A DNA stretch of 64,000 bases, taken from the NCBI GenBank assembly GCA_040755155.1, contig JBFMBP010000084.1:405-64404 (forward strand). Reading direction: 5' to 3'. Made by a program: the position numbers and the translations under genes. Origin of the DNA: Candidatus Omnitrophota bacterium (GTDB taxonomy: Bacteria > Hinthialibacterota > Hinthialibacteria > Hinthialibacterales > Hinthialibacteraceae). Under the pieces are notes generated by a model. That model did not search any database and was not told the origin of the DNA. It was given only the letters and a program-made list of their open reading frames with translations. This document shows positions 29,432 through 39,918 of this stretch, one piece after another (positions within the stretch are counted from its first letter, which is position 1; every line of letters starts with the position of its first letter).

Positions 29432-30631
29432 TTATATCATAGCATTCATTAATCCGTTATAGAAAGACGACAGAACGCTTGTCAAGGCGGAAAAAGCAAA
29501 TTTTTTCTCCGCCATGATGCGCGCCCTATCCCCGCATTCCCCGGCAAAAATCGGATTTCTCAATAAGTTTATGGCGCTTTCCGCCAAGGAGAGAGCGTCC
29601 GTTCCTCCCGCCAATCCAGTCTGATGCTCACGGATATAAGCGGCGGCGTCGCCAACATCGGACGCAGCCACCGGCCTTCCGGAAGCGTAATAATCGAAGA
29701 GTTTATTGGGAATCCGCGCCTGGTTGGCAAGATTGTTCTCAAGCGGCAAAAGTTGTACATCGCAGGCCCCTAGATAGCAGGGAATTTCCTCAAAGGGAAC
29801 AGCGCCCGGAAGAAAAACATCTTGGCCGGTTTGGAAACGCTGGCGGAATATTTCTTTCTCCTTCTCCTCCACACCGCCGCCGACGACTAATAAAACCGCT
29901 TCGGGGATTTCTTTTTTAATGTGGCTGAAGGCTTCCGCCAATAGTCCCATGTCCCACAAGGAAAAGCCGACGAATCCCAAAATCGGCGCCAGCAAAGGCA
30001 AGCCAAGCTGTTTTCGGCACTCATCCCGATCCATGGCGGGAAAGCGTTCGATCGCCACGCCGGAGGGCAGCGTTAAGAGCCGGTTTGGTTCGACTCCCGC
30101 ACGCAGCGCCCGTTCATGAAGGGCGGAACTGATGACCGTCACGCCGTCGGAGATGCGCTTGCTTCCCTCCTCAATCTTTTGCTCCCAGCGGTCGATGAAG
30201 GCAAAACGGCGGCGGGCGGTCGTGATCCCGCCTCCCGCCCACCAATCGCACCAATCGCTGACGAAGAGCGTCCGGCGGTCTCTCGGCGCGATTCGGCGGC
30301 GCGCCCGCATCCATAGCCAGGGAAGAAGAACGTTCGGGCGATGATCGAAGGCGTGAATAACGTCCCATGAGTTCCATGAAGCCCGGATCAGACGGGCGAG
30401 GTTGTCCACAAGGGCGTATCCGCCGTCATGGCCGCTCACCGGCCGCCAGCGCGGCGTTTGCCAGACCTTGACGCCGTCGATGGAAAAACGGCTTCCCCCC
30501 GCGTCGATTTCCCGCGCCGTCGTCCATAGATATACTTCATCGCCCTGGCGAACCAATTCCCTCGCGAAGCCGAGACAGCGGAAGAAAGTTCCCCTCCATA
30601 TCAAGTTATGATTGAGAAAAAGAATTTTCAT
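29432..30631 (-). CDS. GT4 (group 1, GT-B) glycosyltransferase
   Basis: N-terminus MKILFLNHNLIWRGTFFRCLGFARELVRQGDEVYLW is a GT-B N-domain. A C-terminal E-x7-E-like region is present. Confidence 0.8.
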   Translation of the reverse strand: MKILFLNHNLIWRGTFFRCLGFARELVRQGDEVYLWTTAREIDAGGSRFSIDGVKVWQTPRWRPVSGHDGGYALVDNLARLIRASWNSWDVIHAFDHRPNVLLPWLWMRARRRIAPRDRRTLFVSDWCDWWAGGGITTARRRFAFIDRWEQKIEEGSKRISDGVTVISSALHERALRAGVEPNRLLTLPSGVAIERFPAMDRDECRKQLGLPLLAPILGFVGFSLWDMGLLAEAFSHIKKEIPEAVLLVVGGGVEEKEKEIFRQRFQTGQDVFLPGAVPFEEIPCYLGACDVQLLPLENNLANQARIPNKLFDYYASGRPVAASDVGDAAAYIREHQTGLAGGTDALSLAESAINLLRNPIFAGECGDRARIMAEKKFAFSALTSVLSSFYNGLMNAMI

Positions 30632-30729
30632 TATCTGCTCATCAACAAACCAGCCCTCTCTATCGCCGCACCGCCCGATTGTATTATAAAATCATTCTTC
30701 TTAATCGCCGTCCAGGAGACGATTCGCTT

Positions 30730-32418
30730 ATGAACGATTTGCGAAACGTATACGCGCAAAAGGCGCTGAGCCAAATTCCGCGTCTGCTCTCTTCTCAAGA
30801 CCGCAGCCGCTTTTCCCATACCTACGGCTGTATGAACCGCGAGTTTTGGCTTTGCCGCAGCACGGACTTTCCATCGTCTATCGCTCAATTCGGAACGCAC
30901 GCTCTCGCCTTGGCCTACGCCGTGAAAATGCCGGACAATTCTTATTATCAGCATCCCAAAATATTGGAATGGACGCTGGCGGGCGTGGACTATTGGACGA
31001 AGATTCAGCACAAGGATGGCTCCTTCGACGAATTCTATCCCAACGAGCGCGGCTGGGCGGGGCCGACGGGATTTCTGCTTTACGCCATGTGCGATTCGTA
31101 TCGCCGGATAAAAGACTTCTTCCCGCCGGACTTGAAGGAGCGCTTTCTAAAAACCGTCCACCGCGCCGGGCTTTTTCTTGCGGGGACGGACGAATCCGGC
31201 GTTCTGGCCAATCATCATGCCATGGCGATTCTTCCTATGTACGAAGCGTTCTTGCTTACTAACGACAAAAAGATCGAGGACGCATTCCATAAGAAATTGG
31301 ATATCTTTTTTTCCTATTGCCATGAAGAGGGCTGGTGCCTGGAATACGACGGCGCCGATCCCGGCTATCTTTCCGCCACCATAAGTTTCATGGCCAAGCT
31401 GGCTAAGAATTATCAAGACGAACGCTTCGATCCCTTCTTCCAGATGTGTGTGGAATTCAGCAGTTATTTCGTTTATCCCAACGGCCATTACGGTGGCTCG
31501 GCGGGCAGCCGCCAGACGCTGCATTTTTATCCTCATGGTTATGAATTGCTGGCGGGGGAAATTCCTCTCGCCGCCGCTGTGGCGGACAAGATGCTGATGG
31601 GTTTGCAGAACGGCGCACTGGTTCCGCCGGAAATTCAGGAAGAGCGCTATTTCGTCTACCGCATCCCGGAATTTCTGCTTGCGTATGCCGACTACGGCCC
31701 GCGTCCGGAAAAGACGCCTCCGTTGCCCTACGAGCGCGAGGATTTTCGGCGCTGCTTTCCCGGCGCGAAGATCGCCGTGGATAAGAGAAAAGATTCCTAC
31801 ACGCTCGTCAACGCCGCCAAGGGAGGAGTAGTAAAATATTTCCAACTGCCGGAAGGTCGTTTGCGCGTCAACAATTGCGGATTGATCGGAAGGCTATCCA
31901 ATGGAAAAATCTTCACCAGCCAATGGATCGATGAAGAACGCACTATCGAAAATGATGGCCAAGCGATTCGCATCCAAGGACGATGCCATTGGATTCCATC
32001 CAAAACGTTTACTCCATTTAAATTCATCCTTTTCCGGCTGGCGATGATTTGTCTCGGCTGGCATGAAAAATCGGCTTATTTTTTGAAAGGAGGAATCCGG
32101 CGCCTCCTAATGACCGGCCAAAATCCGGCGCCAGTTCGTTTCGAACGCACCATCAAGTTATTGGATAATGGGATTGATGTTGTTACGCGCATCCAACTGG
32201 AAGGAAGCCATACAATAAACGGCCTGCAAATCGGAGACGAATTTCCGGCGCGGTACGTTCCGCAATCCCGCTATTTCCAGCCGCAGGAATTGGATGTACG
32301 GGGATATATATTGAATGACAAAGAATTGGAGAAACTCAATCGCCAACGCGAAATTACGATCATTGAGCGATACGCCCACAGCGACAGCGAAAGCGTTTTT
32401 TCGATCGAGGATCAATAA
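30730..32418 (+). CDS. hypothetical protein, possibly an (alpha/alpha)-toroid polysaccharide lyase/hydrolase-like enzyme (heparinase II/III-like)
   Basis: Divergent from the GT4 gene. W/Y/H-rich helical N-terminal region. No firm motif. Start at the internal Met with RBS aggaga. Confidence 0.3.
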   Translation: MNDLRNVYAQKALSQIPRLLSSQDRSRFSHTYGCMNREFWLCRSTDFPSSIAQFGTHALALAYAVKMPDNSYYQHPKILEWTLAGVDYWTKIQHKDGSFDEFYPNERGWAGPTGFLLYAMCDSYRRIKDFFPPDLKERFLKTVHRAGLFLAGTDESGVLANHHAMAILPMYEAFLLTNDKKIEDAFHKKLDIFFSYCHEEGWCLEYDGADPGYLSATISFMAKLAKNYQDERFDPFFQMCVEFSSYFVYPNGHYGGSAGSRQTLHFYPHGYELLAGEIPLAAAVADKMLMGLQNGALVPPEIQEERYFVYRIPEFLLAYADYGPRPEKTPPLPYEREDFRRCFPGAKIAVDKRKDSYTLVNAAKGGVVKYFQLPEGRLRVNNCGLIGRLSNGKIFTSQWIDEERTIENDGQAIRIQGRCHWIPSKTFTPFKFILFRLAMICLGWHEKSAYFLKGGIRRLLMTGQNPAPVRFERTIKLLDNGIDVVTRIQLEGSHTINGLQIGDEFPARYVPQSRYFQPQELDVRGYILNDKELEKLNRQREITIIERYAHSDSESVFSIEDQ

Positions 32419-32506
32419 TTCCAATAAGCATCGATTCTTGAAATGTCGAGATTCTTTTCGTCTTAAGCCTATCTTTCACAATTCATCAATCATCACTCAA
32501 CATTCA

Positions 32507-33433
32507 TCATTCCCGATACGGCTCGATATGGATGATGACATCGACGACATCTGGGCATTTAATTAAAAGTTGTTTTTTCACGATGCCGGAAATTTCATGG
32601 CCTTTTTGAACAGTGAGACTTCCATCCACTTGAATATGAAGATCGAGCGCCGTGCCCGAACCGATGGAGCGGGTGCGGATGGCGTGGACGGATTTGACGC
32701 CGGATACCGTCAAAGCCGTCGTTTCAATCTGTTCGATCTCCTTGGCGGATGCGCCGGCGTCGATGAGTTGATTGAAAGCGGGAGCCATGATGCTCCACGC
32801 CGCTTGCAGAATAAAAAGACAGACGATCAGCGCGCCGATATGATCCAAGAAAATCCAATCGGGACTGATCGCCGCGCCTGCCACGGAAATGGCTGCCGGA
32901 ATGGAACTGAATCCGTCCGACCGATGATGCCAAGCGTTGGCAATAACGGCCTGCGACTTGATGGAGTGTCCCACTTTTACCGTCCAGTGATAGAGCAATT
33001 CCTTGCTGACAATGGAAAGAACCGCCGCCCAGAAGGCGATCCATTTCGGCGCTTCCAAGTTCGCCTCATGGCGTTGTTGCAGCGTAACAATTGCGTTCCA
33101 GCCGATCCCCACGCCGACGGCCAACAGTACGAATCCCAATAGCGCCGTAACGACGGTTTCGATCCGTCCGTGACCGTGCGGATGTTCGGCGTCGGCGGGC
33201 AGCGACCAGTAGCGCGAGCCGATCAACACCGCGATGTCGGTAGCCAGATCGGATAAGCTGTGAATGGCGTCGGCGATGACCGCCTGGCTATGCCCGATCC
33301 ATCCGCATACGAATTTGATACCCGATAGGGCGATATTGACGAACATCCCCCAGATCGTAACATGGCGCACTTGCTGGGTACGCAACTCTTCCGAAACCTT
33401 CCCTTTTGAATTATCGATGTTCATTGCCTTCAT
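32507..33433 (-). CDS. fieF: cation diffusion facilitator family divalent-metal efflux transporter
   Basis: Six TMs with HSLSDLATD and HHRSDGFSS metal-site motifs. C-terminal cytoplasmic domain. Confidence 0.9.
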   Translation of the reverse strand: MKAMNIDNSKGKVSEELRTQQVRHVTIWGMFVNIALSGIKFVCGWIGHSQAVIADAIHSLSDLATDIAVLIGSRYWSLPADAEHPHGHGRIETVVTALLGFVLLAVGVGIGWNAIVTLQQRHEANLEAPKWIAFWAAVLSIVSKELLYHWTVKVGHSIKSQAVIANAWHHRSDGFSSIPAAISVAGAAISPDWIFLDHIGALIVCLFILQAAWSIMAPAFNQLIDAGASAKEIEQIETTALTVSGVKSVHAIRTRSIGSGTALDLHIQVDGSLTVQKGHEISGIVKKQLLIKCPDVVDVIIHIEPYRE

Positions 33434-33491
33434 TCCAAAGAATCATTCGTCGACGCAGCTGGATTTTCGAAAAACCATGGATTTCCTTTCT

Positions 33492-34538
33492 TTAACGAAT
33501 TGAATTTTTCACCGCTTTTACTGCGATCGTAAACGCCTGCCGGGGATTCTCCACGGCGATTTGACGAATATCCTCATCGGCAAAATCCGCTTTCTTCAAG
33601 GCGGGGATCAATTCGGTGAAGAGAACATCATACGAACGGAATTGGCCTCCCTTCGGTTCGCCCACGTTATACCATCCTGCATCGTGAGAGAGCATCGTTT
33701 TATGCAATAAATTCCTCCGTTTCATTTCCCGAAGCTTTGCAACATAACTCGAAACCGATTGGGAACTCACGCCATCGAACGAAACCCATGCTCCTTGCTC
33801 CGCCGCTTGCGCATGGAGGTTGGGATCGCTTTCGTTTTGCGCGTGGACCCAGATAAAAGCTTCTCCGGCAACGCCCTCTTCGGCGAGGACGGCCAATTCG
33901 TCCTTGAACGCCCCGCCGCCGCCCGTATGCGCGGCGATCACTAAGCCGGTCGCCAGATGAGTGCGCGCCGCTGCGCGAATCAACTTGCGGTCGATTTCGG
34001 AGAGGGACCCGTAATCGACTCCAGTTTTGATAAAGCCTGGCCGGATGTCCGTCCCCTCGATGCCTTCCTTCCATTCATTAATCCAGCGCGCCGCCAACTG
34101 ATCCACCGTCTCGGAGAAAGCGTGAGGGGGAAGATACTTATCTCCGGCGGCGCCGTAGTATCCCGTATTGGTCAACAGATTCATGCCGCTGGCTGCGGAG
34201 AGCCGCTTCAACAATATTGGATCGCGCCCGATATAAGCAGGGGTGCATTCGACCATCGACTGGCAGCCAAGTTCGCGAACCGCTTTCAAGTAAGGCAGGA
34301 TGACCGTGAACGCTTCGTCTGCATCATAGCGGTCCCGGCTGACTCGATCGGCGCCGATGAAATCGACCAAGACATGCTCGTGAGGCAGCGTAACGCCAAG
34401 ACTCTCCGGCGCGATGGGGCCGCTGACCGTCATGATTTTTCCGGCGTCATCTTGCGATAGGACGGTTGAGGGACGAATGACTCCCGCCGCAGCGGAAGCC
34501 GCCATCGTTTGACAAAAGCGTCGTCTATCCATCGGCAT
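33492..34538 (-). CDS. phosphotriesterase-family (PTE/Php) binuclear metal hydrolase with a Tat signal
   Basis: Tat motif DRRRFCQTMAASAAAG. PTE motif TLPHEHV and downstream H/K/D metal ligands. Confidence 0.85.
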   Translation of the reverse strand: MPMDRRRFCQTMAASAAAGVIRPSTVLSQDDAGKIMTVSGPIAPESLGVTLPHEHVLVDFIGADRVSRDRYDADEAFTVILPYLKAVRELGCQSMVECTPAYIGRDPILLKRLSAASGMNLLTNTGYYGAAGDKYLPPHAFSETVDQLAARWINEWKEGIEGTDIRPGFIKTGVDYGSLSEIDRKLIRAAARTHLATGLVIAAHTGGGGAFKDELAVLAEEGVAGEAFIWVHAQNESDPNLHAQAAEQGAWVSFDGVSSQSVSSYVAKLREMKRRNLLHKTMLSHDAGWYNVGEPKGGQFRSYDVLFTELIPALKKADFADEDIRQIAVENPRQAFTIAVKAVKNSIR

Positions 34539-34690
34539 GAATCCTTTCCGTTTTTTTCGCCATAGCATACTTTATTTTGCGGAAAAAGGAAAAGCAGAAT
34601 GGCGGAATTGGGGAACGAGACTCTTTCATAAAAACTAGAGTATGATATGGCGTATTAACGTCGATCCATTTTCCTGGGGAGGAAAGAGCG

Positions 34691-35884
34691 ATGAGGAATC
34701 CATTCGCGATTCCGATTTTCGCCGCGGCGGGGTTCGTCTTTCTATTCATCGACGCCAGTCCCGTCAATGCGTTGGAGAAAGAGGGAATATATTCCCTCGT
34801 CTTTCATGACGTATCGCCAGACAACCTCGACGGCTGCTCCGTCTCGCCCGATTATTTCCGCGACGTATTGCAGATGATTTATCTCGGCGGCAAAAAGACG
34901 ATTCCCGTCAGCGAAGCCGTGCAGCGCGTTCGCCGCGGCGGGCCGTTTCCCAAAGAATTGCTATTGATGACGTTCGACGACGGCTGGGCGGGAAACCGGG
35001 ATTTCGCGCATCCTCTTCTTTGGCAATACGGAATGAAGGCCGCCGAGTTCGTTCATACCAACGGGACGGATCAGGGACGTCCGCGCCGTTGCAATTGGGA
35101 AGATTTGCGATGGATGGCCGACTCCGGCGTGTGGGAGATTCACTCCCACTCCGCCTCCCATCCCGATTTGACGGCTTTGAACGCCGAGGCGCTGCAATGG
35201 GAATTGCTGCGTCCATTGGATCGCCTGCGCTATTTTGGATTTCTAAATGAGATTTACCTTGCCTATCCTTACGGCGCATATAATGAGTATGTTCAACAGC
35301 AGGCGATCGTGAATGGTTACGCCGCTGGATTCACGTCGGGACCAGCAATGCAGATAACTCGGGGAAGCGGCCTTTTCGCCATCCCGCGCAATATGATTTG
35401 CCAATTGTTCGACCAAAACCTCGTCTGCCGCAAAATCGGTTTGGATTTAAGCCGCATCCGCCGCAACCTCTCCGTCTTCGACGAGCCGGAAGGCCGGTTC
35501 GACGGACATTGGACCGTTGTCCGTTACGACTCGGCGCCGCCTGGGTATACTCTCGGACAATATGGAATAACGTATGCATCAGCGCAGGACAACCGGGCTT
35601 CTTGGTCGAAAATTTTTTCCATTTTGACGAAAGGAAAATTCGCTTTATCTCTCTGGACTCCCTCTCTGGATGCTTCCTCCTTGAAAGGAATTAGCTGGAC
35701 GATATCCAATCGCAAACAGAACGTCATCGCCAATGGATTCATTCAACAAAGAAAAACGAATGGATGGACGCCGTTAACGTTTCTAACGTTGGAGGCGGGA
35801 CCTTATACGCTAAAGATTTTCAACTCAAGCGCAGAATACGGCGCGCTTATCGTCGACGCATTAAAATTGGAAAGAACGAATTGA
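34691..35884 (+). CDS. polysaccharide deacetylase (NodB homology domain) family protein, secreted
   Basis: Signal peptide. NodB motif TFDDGW and a downstream His motif. The C-terminal extension is beta-rich. Confidence 0.8.
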   Translation: MRNPFAIPIFAAAGFVFLFIDASPVNALEKEGIYSLVFHDVSPDNLDGCSVSPDYFRDVLQMIYLGGKKTIPVSEAVQRVRRGGPFPKELLLMTFDDGWAGNRDFAHPLLWQYGMKAAEFVHTNGTDQGRPRRCNWEDLRWMADSGVWEIHSHSASHPDLTALNAEALQWELLRPLDRLRYFGFLNEIYLAYPYGAYNEYVQQQAIVNGYAAGFTSGPAMQITRGSGLFAIPRNMICQLFDQNLVCRKIGLDLSRIRRNLSVFDEPEGRFDGHWTVVRYDSAPPGYTLGQYGITYASAQDNRASWSKIFSILTKGKFALSLWTPSLDASSLKGISWTISNRKQNVIANGFIQQRKTNGWTPLTFLTLEAGPYTLKIFNSSAEYGALIVDALKLERTN

Positions 35885-35888
35885 AATC

Positions 35889-36902
35889 ATGACCTTTTCT
35901 TATCATTGCGAAATTCGCGAACTGCCTTTGCGCGATCCTTTCGGCATCTCGCGGGGAACGAGGCGCTTCGTACGCAATCTATTCGTCCGGATTGGCGATG
36001 GCTGGGGAGAGGGGGCGCCGATCTATTACAAAGGCCAAACGGCGGAGGCCATGCTCCAAATGGCGCAGGAATGGCTTGCGGAAAAGCCAGACTGCCAACG
36101 CCCAATTGCGGAAATCGTTGTAGATCTTTTGCGGCGCTATCCAGAACAAACCGCATTAGCCCAAGCCGTCGATCTGGCTCTGCACGACGCATGGGGCAAA
36201 CGGGAGGGGAAGCCGCTTTACGAACTTTGGGGATGGCCTTGGGACAACGTCCCCCTCTCCTCCTTCACCATCGGCATGGACGAGTTGGAAATCGTAATGC
36301 AAAAAGCAGCCAGGGCGGATGAATACCCCATCCTCAAGATTAAAGCTGGCGGCCCTCGCGATATGGAAATCCTTCAAGCGATTCACGACCGGACGGCAAA
36401 GCCCTTGCTAGTCGATGCCAACGAAGGCTGGAACGCCGAACAGACGTTAAACTATCTTCCTCGCTTGGAGAAATGGGGAGTTCTCTTGCTCGAACAGCCG
36501 TTGCCCAGCCGCGATCGGGAAGGTTATCGCCGCCTGCGCGAAGAGAATCCAACCCATATCCCAATATTTATCGATGAGGGAGCGCAGGGGCCGGAGGATG
36601 TTGAAGCGTGGGCGGGTTTGGCGGATGGAATCAATATCAAGTTGGCCAAATGCGGCGGACTGGAGCGGGGGAAAACAATGGCTGAAACCGCCAAGCGATA
36701 CGGCTTAAAGGTCATGCTGGGCTGCATGATCGAAAGTTCGCTGGGAATCTCCGCCGCCGCGAATCTGGCGCCCCTGGCCGTTTTCGCTGATCTCGACGGC
36801 GCCGCGCTGCTGAGCGAGGACCCTTTCACGGGCATGAAATTGGATAAGGGACGGTTAATCATGCCTTCGCTGCCGGGAATCGGCGCGAAAGAACGTGAAT
36901 AG
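35889..36902 (+). CDS. enolase-superfamily enzyme (mandelate racemase/muconate lactonising enzyme family; dipeptide-epimerase-like)
   Basis: KIKAGG (KxK), DANEGW, EQP and D ligands in the MR/MLE arrangement. Confidence 0.85.
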   Translation: MTFSYHCEIRELPLRDPFGISRGTRRFVRNLFVRIGDGWGEGAPIYYKGQTAEAMLQMAQEWLAEKPDCQRPIAEIVVDLLRRYPEQTALAQAVDLALHDAWGKREGKPLYELWGWPWDNVPLSSFTIGMDELEIVMQKAARADEYPILKIKAGGPRDMEILQAIHDRTAKPLLVDANEGWNAEQTLNYLPRLEKWGVLLLEQPLPSRDREGYRRLREENPTHIPIFIDEGAQGPEDVEAWAGLADGINIKLAKCGGLERGKTMAETAKRYGLKVMLGCMIESSLGISAAANLAPLAVFADLDGAALLSEDPFTGMKLDKGRLIMPSLPGIGAKERE

Positions 36903-36935
36903 ATTTATGAGAAAAAGAAAAAAATTGCGAATGGG

Positions 36936-37772
36936 TTAATCGAAGGGATCGGCGCGGGCGACGAGGGGAGCGTTATCCAATGCATAAAGGTTCGGAACCG
37001 GTTCCTGGCGCTCTTGTTCTTGGACGAGTTTATGGTATTTGCTCATAATCTTCGCATAATACCGTCTCGGCATGGCTCCCCCTTCTTTCACCCTTTTGTC
37101 GTAGATTACCGGGCCGAGATTATAGGCGTAGACGGCTTTTTCCAAACTTTTGTATTGCAGCATCAATTTGGTAAGATACAGCGCGCCGAGAGTAATATTG
37201 CCCTCGATTTCGCGATAATGGGGGAGATCGGCGGCTTCGATTTTTTCTTCTCCTACGATGGCGGGCGATTCGCGGACTTGCCGAGTAAGAGCGCGTCCGG
37301 TGCTGGGCATAAGCTGCATCAGGCCATGCGCTCCCTTGCTGGATTCTACGCTGGGACGAAGAGAGGATTCCGTGGACATCAACGCCAATAAGAACATGGG
37401 ATGATAGCCGTATTTTTGGCTGACTTCGTCCACCTCTTTGGCGATTTTGCGTTTGTCGTTTTCGGGCAATTCCGCCTTGCTCAGCTCCTGAATGGCGTCG
37501 AGAATTTCGACGCGCCGCTTTAACTGATCGATTTCCTGGCGGTTTTGCTGCAGGAGGATATCCCGTTCCTTGATTTGATTCTGCAAAAAGATTTTTACCC
37601 GGCGTTCTTTTTCCACTTCATTATCTTTTTTCATGATCCAAAAAACGGAGCCGCCGGCGCCCGCCGTCATGGTGAGGAAAATGAAAATAAGAAAAAAGAA
37701 GGGGATAGGAATAGCGCCGCGTTTGACGATTTCTCTTTTATCCTCATATCGGCGTAACTTTATGAGTTTCAT
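36936..37772 (-). CDS. membrane-anchored lytic transglycosylase (SLT domain) with a coiled-coil
   Basis: N-terminal TM, coiled-coil, then SLT motif ESS...GAHGLMQLMPSTG...AYNLGP. Confidence 0.85.
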   Translation of the reverse strand: MKLIKLRRYEDKREIVKRGAIPIPFFFLIFIFLTMTAGAGGSVFWIMKKDNEVEKERRVKIFLQNQIKERDILLQQNRQEIDQLKRRVEILDAIQELSKAELPENDKRKIAKEVDEVSQKYGYHPMFLLALMSTESSLRPSVESSKGAHGLMQLMPSTGRALTRQVRESPAIVGEEKIEAADLPHYREIEGNITLGALYLTKLMLQYKSLEKAVYAYNLGPVIYDKRVKEGGAMPRRYYAKIMSKYHKLVQEQERQEPVPNLYALDNAPLVARADPFD

Positions 37773-38418
37773 AGCCCATCTCCTTGATTCCTATAAAAAC
37801 GTAAGAGCGGTTTACCTCATACCGTTTCGTTTGGGGGGCGCTCGAAGCAGCTGTTCGATTATCAGCTTCTTTGAGCCATCTCTCAGAATGCGAAAAAATT
37901 TGAGAACCGCTCTATTGAATGGACCGAATTCCTGTTTATAGTAAAATTAAAGCAATTATCGATCCATCTATAATTTATTTTTACAAAAAAATTAGAATTA
38001 TCAATTATCGCGACTTTCATCTCCATTAATGGCCTGCGAAATGCCGTCTTATATAACGATAATCTAACTTTCCTTGTAACGATAACGCAAATTGAAAATT
38101 TGTCAGATAAAATTCCCTTTCTTGCTTGTGGAGCCGTAGGCGATAAGCGGCGATGGAAGAGAAAATTACAACTCGGCGGGATGCCCTCGCCCTCTCAAAG
38201 GAATGGAAGAAATAAATAACAGTTCGGTTACAGGCGAAACGCCTGTTCTACCAGTGTTTCGAACGATCTTACGTTTACTAATCCTCCTCAATCGTTCTCA
38301 ATGCGTCTACGAAGAGTATAACGAACTAATCGCTATAATCCAAGCGCAACAAGACGCTCTCTTCTGCGCCCTTGAAGCGAAGAAGCGTTGAAACCAAGTT
38401 GGAAGGACAAAAAAACGA

Positions 38419-39030
38419 TTACGGCTTTTTAGCCGTTCTAGCGGTTTCGTGGCTTTTCAACGTCTCGAAATCGGCGATCCTCCAAGCGCCGTCTTCGAAA
38501 ATCAGATCGTATTGACGTTGAAGGCTGAGATTTTTATCCGGCATTTTATGGTTTTCGAAGCAATAGACCGATGTTTTGTTTCCATGCGTCTGAGCGGAGG
38601 TGATTTCGGAGATTTGCTTGTATAGCGGACCGACGGAATGGCGGTCCTGATATTTCTTCATCCTCTGCAAAACATATTCGTGGACATTGTCGGCCTTTCG
38701 CTTATGCACGGGGAAGCAGCGGGCGAGACAAAAATATTCCGTCTCGAAATCTTGCTTGTTCCAGGCGTCGACGAAGCAGCGGCAAACGTCTTCCGGACCT
38801 AAATTGCGGATGGCGTTTTTCTTCGCTTGGTGTTGCGCCTCGGTGATGGAGGAATCGCCCGCCATCGAGGTTCTTTTTTCCATTTTCCGGATTTGGTTGA
38901 CCTTGCGCAGCAAATGCTCGATCAGCTGGTCGTAGATCTCGCGTTCGCGCTGCGTCAAATGATTGGCGGAATAATACAGCATTTTTCCCAGCAGAGATAT
39001 CTGTTCTTCTTCGGAAAGAATATTGTCCAT
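38419..39030 (-). CDS. hypothetical protein
   Basis: 203-aa ORF downstream of the GspG-like gene. No motif recognised. Confidence 0.4.
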   Translation of the reverse strand: MDNILSEEEQISLLGKMLYYSANHLTQREREIYDQLIEHLLRKVNQIRKMEKRTSMAGDSSITEAQHQAKKNAIRNLGPEDVCRCFVDAWNKQDFETEYFCLARCFPVHKRKADNVHEYVLQRMKKYQDRHSVGPLYKQISEITSAQTHGNKTSVYCFENHKMPDKNLSLQRQYDLIFEDGAWRIADFETLKSHETARTAKKP

Positions 39031-39107
39031 GATTCACCGCCTCCCTCGGCGAACCGGCGAAAGCCGGCGGCCGATCATCATTCTTTCACGGGCAATGCCT
39101 TCCCGTT

Positions 39108-39533
39108 TCATTGCAATGGAAGGCGATATTCCACGTCGTCGGTCGTTCCTTTGATTTTGTCTTTGCCCGCGCTGGAAAGAATGACCGTCTTTCCCTCATA
39201 TTTTAAAGAATACTTGTTTCCGAAACGATCGCGGGCCGCATCCGAGCCTACGACGCCTCCGCTTTCCAGTTCCTCCATCGAATTGGGATACCTTCCATGA
39301 TCGATATAATACATCGAAATGCCTTTTTTAATCGTCGGAAAATTGAACGTATCGGATTTGTCCCGGATCTCGATATACCGGTTGACGTTGCTCAATCCTG
39401 TGGCGTCGTTGAGAAATTGATCCGCTTTTTCCGCTACCTTATTTTCCTTCATTTTCGTCGATACGACGCGGTAAACATTAGCGCCAAGGACGATCACAAC
39501 GAGAAGCGCTATCACTTTTGCTGCCGTTTTCAT
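39108..39533 (-). CDS. GspG-like pseudopilin-fold protein lacking a prepilin (GFTLIE) leader; has an ordinary N-terminal TM anchor instead
   Basis: C-terminal region ISMYYIDHGRYPNSMEELESGG...DRFGNKYSLKYEGKTVILSSAGKDKIKGTTDDV parallels GspG (LDMYKLDNHHYPTTEQGL...DPWG..Y.L..PG......SLGPDG...DDI). RBS gaggtgaag. Confidence 0.5.
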   Translation of the reverse strand: MKTAAKVIALLVVIVLGANVYRVVSTKMKENKVAEKADQFLNDATGLSNVNRYIEIRDKSDTFNFPTIKKGISMYYIDHGRYPNSMEELESGGVVGSDAARDRFGNKYSLKYEGKTVILSSAGKDKIKGTTDDVEYRLPLQ

Positions 39534-39918
39534 TAACTTCACCTCATTATAATTATATTGTCTAAAAATCAATCGCAAAAATCAAGTTGTTTTTATTATT
39601 TTCTAGTCCACTGTCAGGAGAGCCGTTTCTCAATAAGAATAAACGCAGGAAAAGCCCCTAAAAATACGGCGATTCCTCCTCCAACTTAACAGAGCCAATT
39701 GCGCCATTGTTTGGGATTTCCCGTTGAATCAAAATCGAATGAATTATATAAAATTTTAAAAAAATTGTTTTATCGGTTGACCTTAAGAGCAATCATATGG
39801 GATAATCGGTAAAACGTACGATAACTTGGGTTTTCTTTGTCTTCAATTTAACGATTACGGCATTAGCAAAACTTGAGTTACGTCAATTTTTATCCAAAGA
39901 AAAGGGGAGGTACTTAGT

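Noticed and set aside
31147-31845. 232-aa minus-strand ORF inside the 30730-32418 gene
   Set aside because: Antisense shadow ORF with no motifs.
38203-38391. 62-aa ORF in the AT-rich 640-bp intergenic region between the SLT gene and the hypothetical gene
   Set aside because: Short, no RBS or motif. The region looks like an AT-rich promoter/intergenic spacer.
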